A stretch of 63,890 nucleotides of DNA, filler included, from Octopus bimaculoides (GCF_001194135.2; 9 parts of 9 records of this genome joined end to end with filler, not necessarily neighbours in it); one strand, 5' to 3'; counted from the first letter of the whole stretch, positions 48,907-62,624 are shown. The notes: generated by a model from the sequence alone, not told the origin. Numbers and translations are program-made.

Positions 48907-49620
48907 GGAGAGCAAGGAGATAGCAGCTTGGGAGAGCAAGGCGGTAACAGGTGGAGAGCAAGGAGTTAGCAGCGGGTGGAGAGCAAGGAGATACCAGCGG
49001 TTGGAAAGCAAGGAGGTAGCAGGAGGAGAGCAAGGAGTTAGCACCGGATGGAGTGCAAGGAGATAGCAGCGGGTGGAGAGCAAGGCGGTAGCAGGTGGAG
49101 AGCAAGGAGTTAGCAGCGGGTGGAGAGCAAGGAGATAGCAGCGGGTGGAGAGCAAGGGTGTAGCAGGTGGAGGGCAAGGAGTTAGCAGCGCGTGGAGAGC
49201 AAGGAGATAGCAGCGGTTGGAGAGCAAGCAGATAGCAGCGGGTGGAGAGCAAGGAGGTAGCAGGTAAGGAGCAAGGAGTTAGCAGCGGGTGGAGAGCAAG
49301 NNNNNNNNNNAGGTAGCAGGTAAGGAGCAAGGAGTTAGCAGCGGGTGGAGAGCAAGGAGATAGCAGCGGGTGGAGAGCAAGGCGGTAGCAGGTGGAGAGC
49401 AAGGAGTTAGCAGCGGGTGGAGTGCATGGAGATAGCAGAGGGTGGAGAGCAAGGATATAGCAGGTGGAGAGCAAGTAGTTAGCAGCGGGTGGAGAACAAG
49501 GAGGTAGCAGGTGAAGAGCAAGGAGTTAGCACCGGGTGGAGAGCAAGGAGATAGCAGCGGGTGGAGAGCAAAGAGTTAGCAGCGGGTGGAGAGCAAAGAG
49601 TTCGCAGCGTGTGGAGAGCA
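48907..49620. repeat. Purine-rich minisatellite with 25-bp and 22-bp units
   Basis: GGAGAGCAAGGAGTTAGCAGCGGGT alternating with GGAGAGCAAGGCGGTAGCAGGT. Confidence 0.95.
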
Positions 49621-50265
49621 TCAAACATTCCAGAGTATCGTTTTCCTTTNNNNNNNNNNNNNNNNNNNNNNNNNNNNNNNNNNNNNNNNNNNNNNNNNNN
49701 NNNNNNNNNNNNNNNNNNNNNNNNNNNNNNNNNNNNNNNNNNNNNNNNNNNNNNNNNNNNNNNNNNNNNNNNNNNNNNNNNNNNNNNNNNNNNNNNNNNN
49801 NNNNNNNNNNNNNNNNNNNNNNNNNNNNNNNNNNNNNNNNNNNNNNNNNNNNNNNNNNNNNNNNNNNNNNNNNNNNNNNNNNNNNNNNNNNNNNNNNNNN
49901 NNNNNNNNNNNNNNNNNNNNNNNNNNNNNNNNNNNNNNNNNNNNNNNNNNNNNNNNNNNNNNNNNNNNNNNNNNNNNNNNNNNNNNNNNNNNNNNNNNNN
50001 NNNNNNNNNNNNNNNNNNNNNNNNNNNNNNNNNNNNNNNNNNNNNNNNNNNNNNNNNNNNNNNNNNNNNNNNNNNNNNNNNNNNNNNNNNNNNNNNNNNN
50101 NNNNNNNNNNNNNNNNNNNNNNNNNNNNNNNNNNNNNNNNNNNNNNNNNNNNNNNNNNNNNNNNNNNNNNNNNNNNNNNNNNNNNNNNNNNNNNNNNNNN
50201 NNNNNNNNNNNNNNNNNNNNNNNNNNNNNNNNNNNNNNNNNNNNNNNNNNNNNNNNNNNNNNNNN

Positions 50266-50521
50266 TTCGGGGGTGGCACATCATTGGTGGCACACTCTGG
50301 GCGGCACGTATGGGGAGCCCATTGACACACTTTCGAGGGTGGCACATCATTGGCGGCACAGCCTGGGCGGCACATATGGGGAGCCTAATGGCACACTTAC
50401 GAGGGTCGCACATCATTGTCGGCACACACTAGGAGGCACATATGGGGAGCCCAATGGCACATTTTCGAAGTTGGCACATCTTTAGCGGCACATCCTGGGT
50501 GGTATTTGTTTTCCTAACATT
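50266..50521. repeat. Second, slightly diverged copy of 48593-48848
   Basis: Colinear over 256 nt, with about 6-8 substitutions by eye. Confidence 0.9.
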
Positions 50522-50621
50522 NNNNNNNNNNNNNNNNNNNNNNNNNNNNNNNNNNNNNNNNNNNNTTAATTAATTAANNNNNNNNNNNNNNNNNNNNNNN
50601 NNNNNNNNNNNNNNNNNNNNN

Positions 50622-50664
<43 letters not shown>

Positions 50665-51631
50665 CGTATGTGTGTGTGTGTATATGTGTGTGTGTGTTTG
50701 TGTGTGTGTGTGTGCGCGCGCGCGCGCGTGTGTGCATAAAAACATACAATAATGTTTTTTTTACAATAAAACTGATCTACGAAAACATGTCATGTGAAAA
50801 CATGTTTATGTTTACTTTCATATTCATAAATATATAATGGAAATAATTACCTCCAAAGAAGAAAATAAAACTTGTTTTATTCAACCGAATATATATATGT
50901 GTGTATAGACATTTAGCGCGTTTCCCACTGTTTCTTTTTATTTTTCATGCATATAATGTCGCTTACAGCATAAGTAGTTAGAAACGTCGAGAAAACATAA
51001 AATAATTTGTTTTTAACGGTTGACCTTGAAGTAGATATAGCTATAGTTTATAACCTGTAAACATTGGATCTATAAAATCCTTTTCATAGAAAAAGGCGAA
51101 GATTAAATGAAAGCTTGCTTGGAATGATGGTTCAAAGTTCTTTCAAATTTCTTACGATAACGTGGTACATGTCTTAAAGTAATTAATTTATCCGATAGTA
51201 TCTCCCATTGAGAGGTCTCGAAGATTTGAAATAAACTAATAGCTAGTCGTTTCGGAAATTCATTTCTTAACTTTGAGACAAATGTTCTTATCTAATTCTA
51301 CGATGTTTTTCCTGATCCTAATGGTGTTTTCTTGCAGAAGGTCCATCCATGTTTGGGTGTAGGTTATAATTTCCATAGCATTCTGTTCCTCTCATTCATT
51401 GGGGAATGGTAATTGCAACATAATACAGTAGGACTTCCCGTGTACAGAAGCTGGGAACTTCCAATGGTTTTAGGTATTATTTAGTAATTTCATCTATCTC
51501 AGATTAGCCGTTAGGTTTTCAATCTTATTGCGTCAATATGCACAGACAAACGTAAGTATGTATACATGCTTACACAAATATGTATATGCACATGAGCGCG
51601 AGTATAAGTACATGCCACACAAATGTACATT

Positions 51632-51663
<32 letters not shown>

Positions 51664-51894
51664 TGTATGTACGTATATATGTTTGTGTGTATGTATGTGG
51701 TCTTTGAGTTTAATTTAAGTTCTTTCTCAATACTTTTTGAGTTAAGAGAGTTCCCGGAGTTTTAAAATTTATGGTTGAGTTGGCGTGTTGGTTGAACTGT
51801 CGATGTCATCCATGTGTATGTATGTATGTAAGCATTTGTGTGAATACGTACATACATCAATATCTAGGCATGTATGTATACATGCATGTACATA

Positions 51895-52400
51895 TAAGTT
51901 TTGAGACATTATCAGGAGAGACATTAACTTGAAAGAAGTACAAAACTCTAATTTCTTTGAAAGTAGGATCCTCTGACTTGAATGCCCTTCTTGTAATGTT
52001 CCAGCCACTTCGTGAAGGCCCTATGGATGTCCTCCAAAGTGAAAGTGTCCAGAATCCTTGCCACAGTAACTTTCATCTTCTCCTTCAGCCTGGGGACAAC
52101 AAAATGTGTAGGGAGAGTGGACATTTTTGATATCCATCTCGAATAAGTATTTATTTACCAGGATGGAATTGTGGACTGGTGATTTGTCCTGGTGCAGGTG
52201 CATCCGATCCCAGTGGAAGAGCTCTGGCCTTTTGCGACGAAACCCCTTACCGAACTCCCTCAAAAACTCCACACTCCTGTTGACCGTCTGGTCTGAGGGA
52301 ACCCAGTAGATGTAGATAATACCCTTGCTGTTGAAAAAGAGAATCATCATGAGTTTCCTGATGGACTTGCACTGCCTAACCTCGAGTGCCAGCAAAAGTC
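51895..52400 (-). mobile_element. Mariner transposase C-terminal pseudogene fragment
   Basis: KLMMILFFNSKGIIYIYWVPSDQTVN..EFLREFGKGFRRKRPELF...HLHQDKSPVHNSILV (HQDNAPVH-like). Confidence 0.9.
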
Positions 52401-52442
52401 GAGGCTCAGCTCATACAAGTTAATTCATAAGCAGTCTGCAGC

Positions 52443-52475
<33 letters not shown>

Positions 52476-52784
52476 TGTATGTATGTATGTATGTATGTAT
52501 GTAGAATGTATATGTACGCATGTATGTATGTACGTTAGCATATGTGCCTGTATCACACACACACACACATATACACACATAAACACGCACACACCACATG
52601 CTCGTCTGTGTATGCGTCTCTTCCCATGTGCTTCCGCCTATAAACTGACAACCTATCAGGTTCCAGTTGGTGGCGTGAGAAAAAATTTTGAAAACAAAAG
52701 CAAAAACAACAAATGCATTTGATTACTAACTGGTATGTCTTGTGTGTGTCTGTACGTGTGTCTATATAAGCAGCTTCTTTATCT

Positions 52785-53134
52785 TACATCTTTCTTACTG
52801 CTTTCAGTCATTTGAGTGCGGCCATGCTGGGGCACTGTCATGAAGGGTTGTATACGAACAACTCGATCACACTAATTATTATGGCTTTTTTAAAGTGCGG
52901 TACTTATTTTATCGACCTCTCTTATCGAACCGCCAAGTTAAGTCGACGTAAACAAATCAATGAGAGTTACCAAGCGGTGGTGGTAGTGGTGGGTGAGAAG
53001 TTCAGACACAAAGGTGCGCGCTGACACACAAACACACACACATTCGCACACACATTCACACGCACACACTCACACACACACTCACACACAAACTCACACA
53101 CACACGCACACACAAAAGCACGCACACACACACG

Positions 53135-53213
<79 letters not shown>

Positions 53214-53364
53214 CGGCCTTCCTCATAGTTTCCATTTATCAAATCCACTCACAAGACAGCTCCGTACGGACAACTTGCACAAAGTGCTACGCATTGAGAT
53301 TGAACCCCGAACCGCGTGGTTGCAAAGAGAACGAGTTTCTAAACCACACAGTCATGCCTGCGCC
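52785..53364 (-). mobile_element. SINE family A with a ~220-bp expanded (CA)/(TA) internal tract
   Basis: Tail at 52785-53010 and head at 53210-53364. Confidence 0.8.
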
Positions 53365-53462
53365 TATTCGTATGAAATTTTATGTACTTGTATGTGTATG
53401 TATGTATATCCTCGAACGCTTTCATCAGAGATGTCTGAGACACCAGGAAAGCTGATATCTTG

Positions 53463-53930
53463 AGTATTGAGGCGATGGTGCACAAGCACCGGTTACGTTT
53501 GAAGGATAGCAGGATCCCTAAGCAGATGTTTATGGGGAACTTGTTAGTGGAAAGAGACCCCAACAGAAACCAAGGTTGTGATTTAAGGACTGTGTCAAGT
53601 CCTCATTAAAGGCTTGTGATATGCAGGAGACTGACTGGGAGAGCAATGCCAGTCATCACCACAGATGGAAGAAGCAGGTTAAGGAGGGGGTCAACACCTT
53701 TGAGAGAGCATGTATTCTGCATGAAGAACTTAAGCGTGCTGCTCGAAAGTGCACTGTTAGTGTAGTGAATGGGGAAAGCTTGGTCTGCAATGTTTGCAGT
53801 TGTGTATGCTTGTCAAGAGCAGGGCTCATTAGCCACCAATGAAGCAAAGTATAAATTAATCCTAGAGCACACAATGTTCCTAAAGGTCATCAGTGGTCTT
53901 CTTCGGTCACGTGTGGACAGACATCATCAT
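53463..53930 (+). mobile_element. RTE (BovB-like) LINE 3' end with zinc finger and (CAT)n terminus
   Basis: SIEAMVHKHRLR..DSRIPKQMF; KDCVKSSLKACDMQETDWESNA...WKKQVKEGVNTFE...VCNVCSCVCLSRAGLISHQ*. Confidence 0.88.
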
Positions 53931-53989
53931 GTATGTATCTATCGGTGGAGATAGAAGGGTGTGCGTATGTCTGCCTCTTAGTGTGTGTC

Positions 53990-54058
<69 letters not shown>

Positions 54059-54166
54059 GTCAGAGGTTTGAACATCAGTTATAAGCAAACCAGACAAATC
54101 ACTCTAAAAATACCAATATGATCATAGAAATGATATGCTGAGTGTAACTGTACTAAGATTCACATA

Positions 54167-54207
<41 letters not shown>

Positions 54208-54330
54208 ACGTGTGTGTATGTTTCTTATGTATGTGTCTACGTGTTTATATTTCGATAATTTCGATATACCTCTATGTACTGGCATATTTGTATGCGTATG
54301 TGTGTGGGGTATATCTGCACGTATATGCAT

Positions 54331-54362
<32 letters not shown>

Positions 54363-54550
54363 CGTGTGTGTGTGTGTGTATGTATTACGTGTATATATGT
54401 GTATATATGTGTGTATATATATGTATGTATATATATATATGTGTGCGTGTGTGTGTGTGCATGCGTGTGTATATATCAATGGAAAGATGAATGTTTTGAC
54501 ATTTATCAAGCATCGGTTGATGCCCTTTAATTCATATAAAGGACATATAG

Positions 54551-54586
<36 letters not shown>

Positions 54587-55392
54587 TTATGCATTCTTGT
54601 GCGTAGGAGTGCACACACACGTGTGTATTCACTCAACACACACACACTCAGAATATGTTCTGTGCACACACACAAACACACACATACACACACTCGCACG
54701 CACACACATAACCCCAAACAGACTCGCATACATACACACATTAATATTGTATGGTAGTACTGTGTATGCATGTATTATTTACTAATGTAGCATGTGTGTG
54801 TGTTTGTGTGATATTGAGTCAGCGTGTGCGTGCTTGTGTGTCTATGTGCCTGAGTTTGTGTGTGTGTGTGTGTGTTTTATTTAAAAAACAGAATTTAAAT
54901 GCAAGCTGGTATACGTTTCCTGCTCCAGTACCACAACAATCAAACGAGCTTGTATAGTGTGCCTGTATCATCCAGCAATCTTGTCGGCGTTTGTTTACAT
55001 TCTCTTGTAATAAAGATAATTTAGTAAATTAAGACTTTATCTTTTATGGTATTTGGTATACATTTATTGGTCTTTCTTATCTAAACTTTTGTATGAGCTA
55101 CTCTGAGTTATTGCATTTTATATGTGTGTGTATGCCTTTGTGTGTGTGCGTGTGTGTGTGTGTGTGTATGTGTGTTTGTGTAAACATGTATATGTATCTA
55201 TCTTCATATTTATTCATATTTCTGAGTGAAGTCAAGAGGGTTTCGGAGGCACGACCATAACGTTCGATTAGTAGCCCGGAGAGCGTGTCATCATCCTTGA
55301 CCAATTCATATAATACCCCCAGTATTATATGCATTACTCCAGTCTAGCGAAAAGGTGTACAGGCATAAGTTCAATATTTCGCTGAATATATG

Positions 55393-55426
<34 letters not shown>

Positions 55427-57235
55427 TATCAATCAGTTTCATTTCTGTATTTCTTGTCCATAGAGAAAGAGCCGGACTCTAACATAGATTCAAGGCTCCT
55501 TCATTGGAACTTTTATCAACATCATCTAGGTATTTGTGCATGTGTGTGTGTGTGCAGTATTTGGTGTTAGTGTATGCGCAGATTTGTATGTTTGTTTTAT
55601 GGATGCGTTTTTATGTCTAGATGCATGCATATGTATTTATGTGCTAAATGTTTGGAAAGTTTTACATATCTTTACATTTCCATTGATGGCTTGAATCTGT
55701 AGTATTCTAATCAGCCTTTTTCTTTCAGGTTTTGAGAACCCCAATTTTTNNNNNNNNNNNNNNNNNNNNNNNNNNNNNNNNNNNNNNNNNNNNTTAATTA
55801 ATTAANNNNNNNNNNNNNNNNNNNNNNNNNNNNNNNNNNNNNNNNNNNNTATCTATCTATCTATCTAACTAACTAACTATCTATCCATTTGTCTGTCTGT
55901 CTGTCTATCGCTCTCCTTCTCTTTCTCTTTCTATATATATATATGTATGTATGTATAGAGAGCGAGAGAGAGTGAGAGAAACACAGACTGATACAAAGAG
56001 TGGGGGAGACGTGTTGTTTTGCGAACGACTGTGTTTTTCTGTTTATATGTGCGTAGGAGAATTTATATATCTGTGTACAACAATAAATATGCATTTTTAT
56101 GTTCACTGATATTATATATAACATTGTATTTATATAAGATATCTGCGTTTACTGTTACGCAAATACAATCACGTACACCACATTCCTATACACGCAGGCA
56201 TACGCGTACACATATACACAAGCACACATATACACACAGACACACACACATGCAATGGTGACCAGCCTGATTATATTACATTTCATTCTTCGATTATTTG
56301 ATATCCTCTACGTCATCACCACTACCATCACTCCTCTTCCATCTTGTTCATTTGGTTATGTAATTGTCTCCCCCTTCGACAACGTCCTCCATATTGTCAA
56401 CGTTGCCATCTTTGACTTTTCATCAGATTTGCTCAGTGGAACTTGGGTAACTTGGGTGAATATCCTGGACTGATGTCAAGGGTTGACGTCGCTCTGATAG
56501 TCTTTGTTCACGACTACATGGAAGTATATAAATAAATAAATATTTAACTACATCATATATATATATATATATANNNNNNNNNNNNNNNNNNNNNNNNNNN
56601 NNNNNNNNNNNNNNNNNNNNNNNNNNNNNNNNNNNNNNNNNNNNNNNNNNNNNNNNNNNNNNNNNNNNNNNNNNNNNNNNNNNNNNNNNNNNNNNNNNNN
56701 NNNNNNNNNNNNNNNNNNNNNNNNNNNNNNNNNNNNNNNNNNNNNNNNNNNNNNNNNNNNNNNNNNNNNNNNNNNNNNNNNNNNNNNNNNNNNNNNNNNN
56801 NNNNNNNNNNNNNNNNNNNNNNNNNNNNNNNNNNNNNNNNNNNNNNNNNNNNNNNNNNNNNNNNNNNNNNNNNNNNNNNNNNNNNNNNNNNNNNNNNNNN
56901 NNNNNNNNNNNNNNNNNNNNNNNNNNNNNNNNNNNNNNNNNNNNNNNNNNNNNNNNNNNNNNNNNNNNNNNNNNNNNNNNNNNNNNNNNNNNNNNNNNNN
57001 NNNNNNNNNNNNNNNNNNNNNNNNNNNNNNNNNNNNNNNNNNGGTATATAAATGCATACACGCACACACACACATACGCCTACACGAATATACACATATA
57101 TTTATGTAAATAGACAGGTATAGGTGTATGTGTGTATATAGTATAAATATACATAAGTAGGTATATATATATATATATATATATGTGTGTATGTAAGGAT
57201 CGAAACGTTGTATGGAACTTTGTAACTATATAAAT

Positions 57236-57273
<38 letters not shown>

Positions 57274-57963
57274 AAGTGTGTGCGTACGTAGGTGTGTGTG
57301 TGCTGCCTCTCTATGTATGTGTGTGTGTATATGTGTAGTTGCGAGTGTGTGCGTGTGTAACTCATGTTTTTTTGTCTTTCTTTTTTCTTTCCGTGAATTT
57401 AGTGATGTGAATGTGGCCATGCGATCACAAAGACCCTTGAATATATTCTAAGCCAACTGAAAGGACCAGCAACTGGGACAGTCGCAGGGGGCGCCACATA
57501 CCACTTAGGGGAGCATTGTTATATATAAGGAAAAATTATGAAAGTAATTGCTTAAGCAAAATCTTTACCGCCAATATTTGATAAATTGCAAATTATATCT
57601 TCTCTTTAAGAGTTTCTTTAATTGGTGTTGTAATTAACTATTTATTTCGATATTCAAAGATTTATTCTTCAATGTAAAACATTTTTGAAACTTGTAAGGT
57701 TGGTAGCACCCTTAGAGCCGTACCTGATACACTATATAACATGCATATATACACTCATATATATACATACATAAATACATGCACACATGCACATTTGCAA
57801 ACATACATACGTTTAAATACATAAATACATATATACATTTAGAGATATTCCTTCATATATTCGTATGCATACAAACAGACAAGTATATACGCATACAGTG
57901 CATACATTCGCACACATGCATATGCATACATGCATATATATGTGTATATATATATACATATAT

Positions 57964-57998
<35 letters not shown>

Positions 57999-58133
57999 CA
58001 CACACACACATCTCGTATATATGTTTGTATGACAGGAGCAAAACTTTGTATCGAACTTTGAAAGTATATAAATGTGCATGTCCTGTGTGTGTGTCTATGT
58101 ATGCCCACGTGTGAGTGCGTGTCTATATAAAGG

Positions 58134-58172
<39 letters not shown>

Positions 58173-58814
58173 NNNNNNNNNNNNNNNNNNNNNNNNNNNN
58201 NNNNNNNNNNNNNNNNNNNNNNNNNNNNNNNNNNNNNNNNNNNNNNNNNNNNNNNNNNNNNNNNNNNNNNNNNNNNNNNNNNNNNNNNNNNNNNNNNNNN
58301 NNNNNNNNNNNNNNNNNNNNNNNNNNNNNNNNNNNNNNNNNNNNNNNNNNNNNNNNNNNNNNNNNNNNNNNNNNNNNNNNNNNNNNNNNNNNNNNNNNNN
58401 NNNNNNNNNNNNNNNNNNNNNNNNNNNNNNNNNNNNNNNNNNNNNNNNNNNNNNNNNNNNNNNNNNNNNNNNNNNNNNNNNNNNNNNNNNNNNNNNNNNN
58501 NNNNNNNNNNNNNNNNNNNNNNNNNNNNNNNNNNNNNNNNNNNNNNNNNNNNNNNNNNNNNNNNNNNNNNNNNNNNNNNNNNNNNNNNNNNNNNNNNNNN
58601 NNNNNNNNNNNNNNNNNNNNNNNNNNNNNNNNNNNNNNNNNNNNNNNNNNNNNNNNNNNNNNNNNNNNNNNNNNNNNNNNNNNNNNNNNNNNNNNNNNNN
58701 NNNNNNNNNNNNNNNNNNNNNNNNNNNNNNNNNNNNNNNNNNNNNNNNNNNNNNNNNNNNNNNNNNNNNNNNNNNNNNNNATATATATATACAGATATAT
58801 ATGCAGAGAGGGAG

Positions 58815-59226
58815 AGGAGTGAGAGAAGGATACAAAAAGAAAGAAAAAAAAGGAAAGAAAAAGAAAGAAAGAAAGAAAGAAAGAACGAAAGAAAGAAAGG
58901 AAGGCAGAAAGAAAGGACGAATGAAAGAGGATAATTAAATAAATTGAAGAGTTGTAGCGAGAGAATTATGGGAATGATTGAAATAAAGAAACGAATGAAG
59001 GAAGGAATAACGTAAAGAAGGAAAATATGAAAGAGAAATCAAGGAAGGGCAGCAGAAAGGAAATAAGTAAAGGAATGTAGATGGAAATCGGTGAGAATGA
59101 AAGTTAGGAATGATCTATAGACGATATTGGAGGAGGAGGAAGAAGAAGAAGAAGAAGAAGAAGAAGAAGAAGAAGAAGAAGAAGAAGAAGAAGAAGAAGA
59201 AGAAGAAGAAGAAGAAGAAGAAGAAG
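58815..59226. repeat. Purine-rich (GAAA)n/(GAA)n tract
   Basis: Directly visible; includes a long pure (GAA)n run at about 59140-59226. Confidence 0.95.
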
Positions 59227-59228
59227 GA

Positions 59229-59540
59229 CTATAACCTCGGGCCAACCAAAGCCTTGTGAGTGGATTTGGTAGACGGAAACTGAAAGAAGCCCGTCGTATA
59301 TATGTGTATATATGTATGTATGTTTGTATATATGTTTGTGTGTCTGTGTTTGTCCCCCAAGCATTGCTTGACAACCGATGGTGGTGTGGTTACGTCCCCG
59401 TAACGTAGCGGTTCGGCAAAAGAGACCGATAGAATAAGAACTAGGCTTCCAAAGAATAAGTCCTGGGGTCGATTTGCTCGACTAAAAAGGTGGTGCTCCA
59501 GCATGGCCGCAGTCAAATGACTGAAACAAGTAAAAGAGAG
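59229..59540 (+). mobile_element. SINE family A, 5'-truncated, CpGs intact
   Basis: CTATAACCTCGGGCCAACCAAAGCC...AAGCCCGTCGTATA, microsatellite, full tail. Confidence 0.9.
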
Positions 59541-60494
59541 AAAAGAGAGAAAAGTGAAAAAGTGAAAAGGAAGAAGTGATTAATGGAGTGAAGGAGTTAA
59601 CAAATGAGTGAGCGAAAGAAAGAAAAGTTATGATTGTGTACTAAACAGGAAGAAGAAAAAGACAAAGGAAATAACAAGACTTTATCAGAGTAAGTGTAAA
59701 AAGGTAGGAAATTAGGAATGAATTCCATGTTGAATGAATCAATGAATGAAGTTACAAAATGAGAGAAAAGAAAGACAGAAAAATAAAGAACGAATAAGGT
59801 ACAAAAGAAAGAACGAATAAAGTACAAAAAAAAGAAAGAACGAACGAGTAATGTACGAAAGGCAGAAATATGAAAGGAGACTGAAATAAACGCCATCATT
59901 TTTAACCGGCACTATGCTAGTATTAATACGGCTTCTGATTTGGGTACAAAGAGAACAATTTTGATAGGAGCTAGTTTATAGCATCAGCCGAAGAACTTTA
60001 CTGGTACTTTATTTAATAGACCCTGAAATCACGAAGTGCATAGTTGTCCTCGGTGGTGCATAGTTGAACTCGGTACGTAAAGAGCCGGAATAAATACTGC
60101 ATGATATCAAGACTAAATATCTCTGGTAACAATGAATTTTATAAAAAGTAGTACAATTTTTAGTGAATAAAGGAAATAAATTATGCCACCGCTATACATT
60201 TTCCGGTCTGGTTTTATATGAGTCAGGTTTAAAAATATTTTTCATAAAACACTCAAGTGCCTTTCATCCTATCGGTGTCGATAAAATAAGTACCAGTTGA
60301 GCAGTGGAGTCGATGTAATCGACTTACCCATCCCCTGAAATTGTTGGCCTTTTGCCAAAAATGAAACCGTTGTTATCATTTCGGTTATACTGCAGCAAAG
60401 ATTCTGACAAGGAAAATAAAATACGTAAATTTGTTTATTAAATACGTAGCGATGTGCTTATGTGTAAGTGAGTATTCTCTGAAGATAATCGTCG

Positions 60495-60626
60495 ATCACA
60501 TGGTTCCGGGTTCAGTCCCACTGCGTGGCACCTTGGGCAAGTGTCTTCTACTATAGCCTCGAGCCGATCAAAGCCTTGTGAGTGGATTTGGTAGACGGAA
60601 AGTGAAAGAAGCCCGTCGTATATATA
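60495..60626 (+). mobile_element. SINE family A head
   Basis: CACATGGTTCCGGGTTCAGTCCCACTGCGTGGCACCTTGGGCAAGTGTCTTC. Confidence 0.9.
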
Positions 60627-60726
60627 NNNNNNNNNNNNNNNNNNNNNNNNNNNNNNNNNNNNNNNNNNNNTTAATTAATTAANNNNNNNNNNNNNNNNNN
60701 NNNNNNNNNNNNNNNNNNNNNNNNNN

Positions 60727-61013
60727 ACGTAAACACGCCAGCGTCGGTTGTCAAGCGATGTTGGGGGGACAAACACAGACACACAAACACACACATACAT
60801 ATCTATACATATACATATCCGACGGGCTTCTTTCAGTTTCCGTCTACCAACTCTACTCACAAGGCTTTGGTCGGCCCGAGGCTAAAGTAGAAGACACTTG
60901 CCCAAGGTGCCACGCAGTGGGAGTGAACCCGGAACCATGTGGTTGGTAATCAAGCTACTTACCACACAGCCACTCCTGCGCCTAGCTACTTACCACATAG
61001 CCACTCCTGCGCC
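60727..61013 (-). mobile_element. SINE family A with a tandemly duplicated 31-nt 5' end
   Basis: AGCTACTTACCACA(C/T)AGCCACTCCTGCGCC occurs twice, at 60953-60983 and 60984-61013. Confidence 0.9.
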
Positions 61014-61054
61014 AATATATATATATATATATATATATGCGCACACATACATAT

Positions 61055-61221
61055 ATGATGGGCTTCCACGCAGTTTCTATCTACCATACTCGCTCACAGG
61101 ACATTGGTGATCCTGGAGCAATAGTGGAAGACACTTATCCAAGGTACCGCGAAGTGGGTCTGAACCCAAAACTCCATGGTCAGGCTGCGTACTTCTTAAC
61201 CACATAGCCATGTCTGCGCCT
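61055..61221 (-). mobile_element. SINE family A-related head
   Basis: GAAGACACTTATCCAAGGTACC...CTTCTTAACCACATAGCCATGTCTGCGCCT. Confidence 0.75.
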
Positions 61222-62347
61222 AGAGCCAAAACTTCTAACTAGATAGAAAGAGCAAAGAGCAAGCTCTGTCCCTATCTCCTATTCGTGGAATATCTATATT
61301 TGAACGGGTTTGGACGAGTTAACTCAATCACCAGTGCTTGATCAGTATTTATTTCTCCAGCCCTTGCTAGGATTTGAACTCAGAGATAGTAAATTAAGAG
61401 TAACCGTAACAACTGCAAGTCAGTTTATCCCAAAACCTTAGCAGTTCTACCACAATAACGCTAGGCTCGTGTTGGGTAACCCATTAATGCCGGTGTGGTA
61501 TTTAAGAGCTTCCTGAAGCAAAAATGGTCCACCCCAGCCTTGTTATATATATATGTGTGTGTGTGTGTATTCCTGTTTATATAGATTTGTGAATGTCAAC
61601 ATAATTATCTTGAAATTACACATGAAAACCGTACATTTCACAACATCCTAAAACAATAGAATTGTTTGTCTTTCGGTAAAAAGAATTCCTGTAGACACTT
61701 TCGAGAAGCGCCATTACGTTAAAACAACAACAGCACCAATAAAAAAAAACAACTACTACAACAACAACAACAACAACAGCAACAACAACAACGAAACTCC
61801 TTTCTGCAAACATTAAGGCTTATTTACAATTTACTTTGGTGTTTTTGAAATGCCTTCTTCATTGGCCAGGAATGTAACCTTTTAGCAGAGTTTTGGGTAG
61901 GGGATTGATACGCATACACACATATATACATACATACAAACATACATATATACATATATATATATATACATATATATTTGTGCGTGTGTGTCTGTGTGTG
62001 TCTGTGTGTGTATGAATATATGTATATATGTATACACACAGACACACACGCAGACGTGTGTATATGTGTTATTCTTTCATTTTTGTTTGTCTATGATGAC
62101 CTTTAGCCCTTTAAATGATTCATCCCCAGCAGAAATTGTTTGGGTTCTTATAAAGGATCCGTGTTGTTGTTGTTGTTGTCGCTTTGTATTTCCATTAAAA
62201 AAATATAAAACAAAAATGTTTTGTGTCGTCAATAAAACAACAACGAAAGCAACAGTTTAGTGCTTATAGTGAGTATTATACAAGGAGTATTAATGAATAC
62301 CGTGCAGTGCTTATACTGAGTACTCTGCAGTATTTATAGTGAGTATG

Positions 62348-62570
62348 TTGGTGTGTTTACGTCTCCGTAACTTAGCGGTTCGGTAAAAGATATCGATAGA
62401 ATAAATACTCGGCTTGGCTTACAAAGAATAAGTCCTGGGGTCGATTTGTTTGACTAAAGGCGGTGCACCAGCATGGCCGCAGTCAAATGACTGAAACAAG
62501 TAAAAGAATCAAAAGAATATATATTGCTCCAGCATGGCCGCAGTCATATGATTGAAGCAAATAAAAGAAT
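62348..62570 (+). mobile_element. SINE family A tail with a duplicated 3' end
   Basis: CCAGCATGGCCGCAGTCA..TGA.TGAA.CAA.TAAAAGAAT is present twice. Confidence 0.88.
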
Positions 62571-62573
62571 ATT

Positions 62574-62608
<35 letters not shown>

Positions 62609-62624
62609 TTTATTTAAAAGCAGC

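Noticed and set aside
56260-56520. Unique-looking sequence with short open frames on both strands
   Set aside because: No convincing splice pair or recognisable motif.
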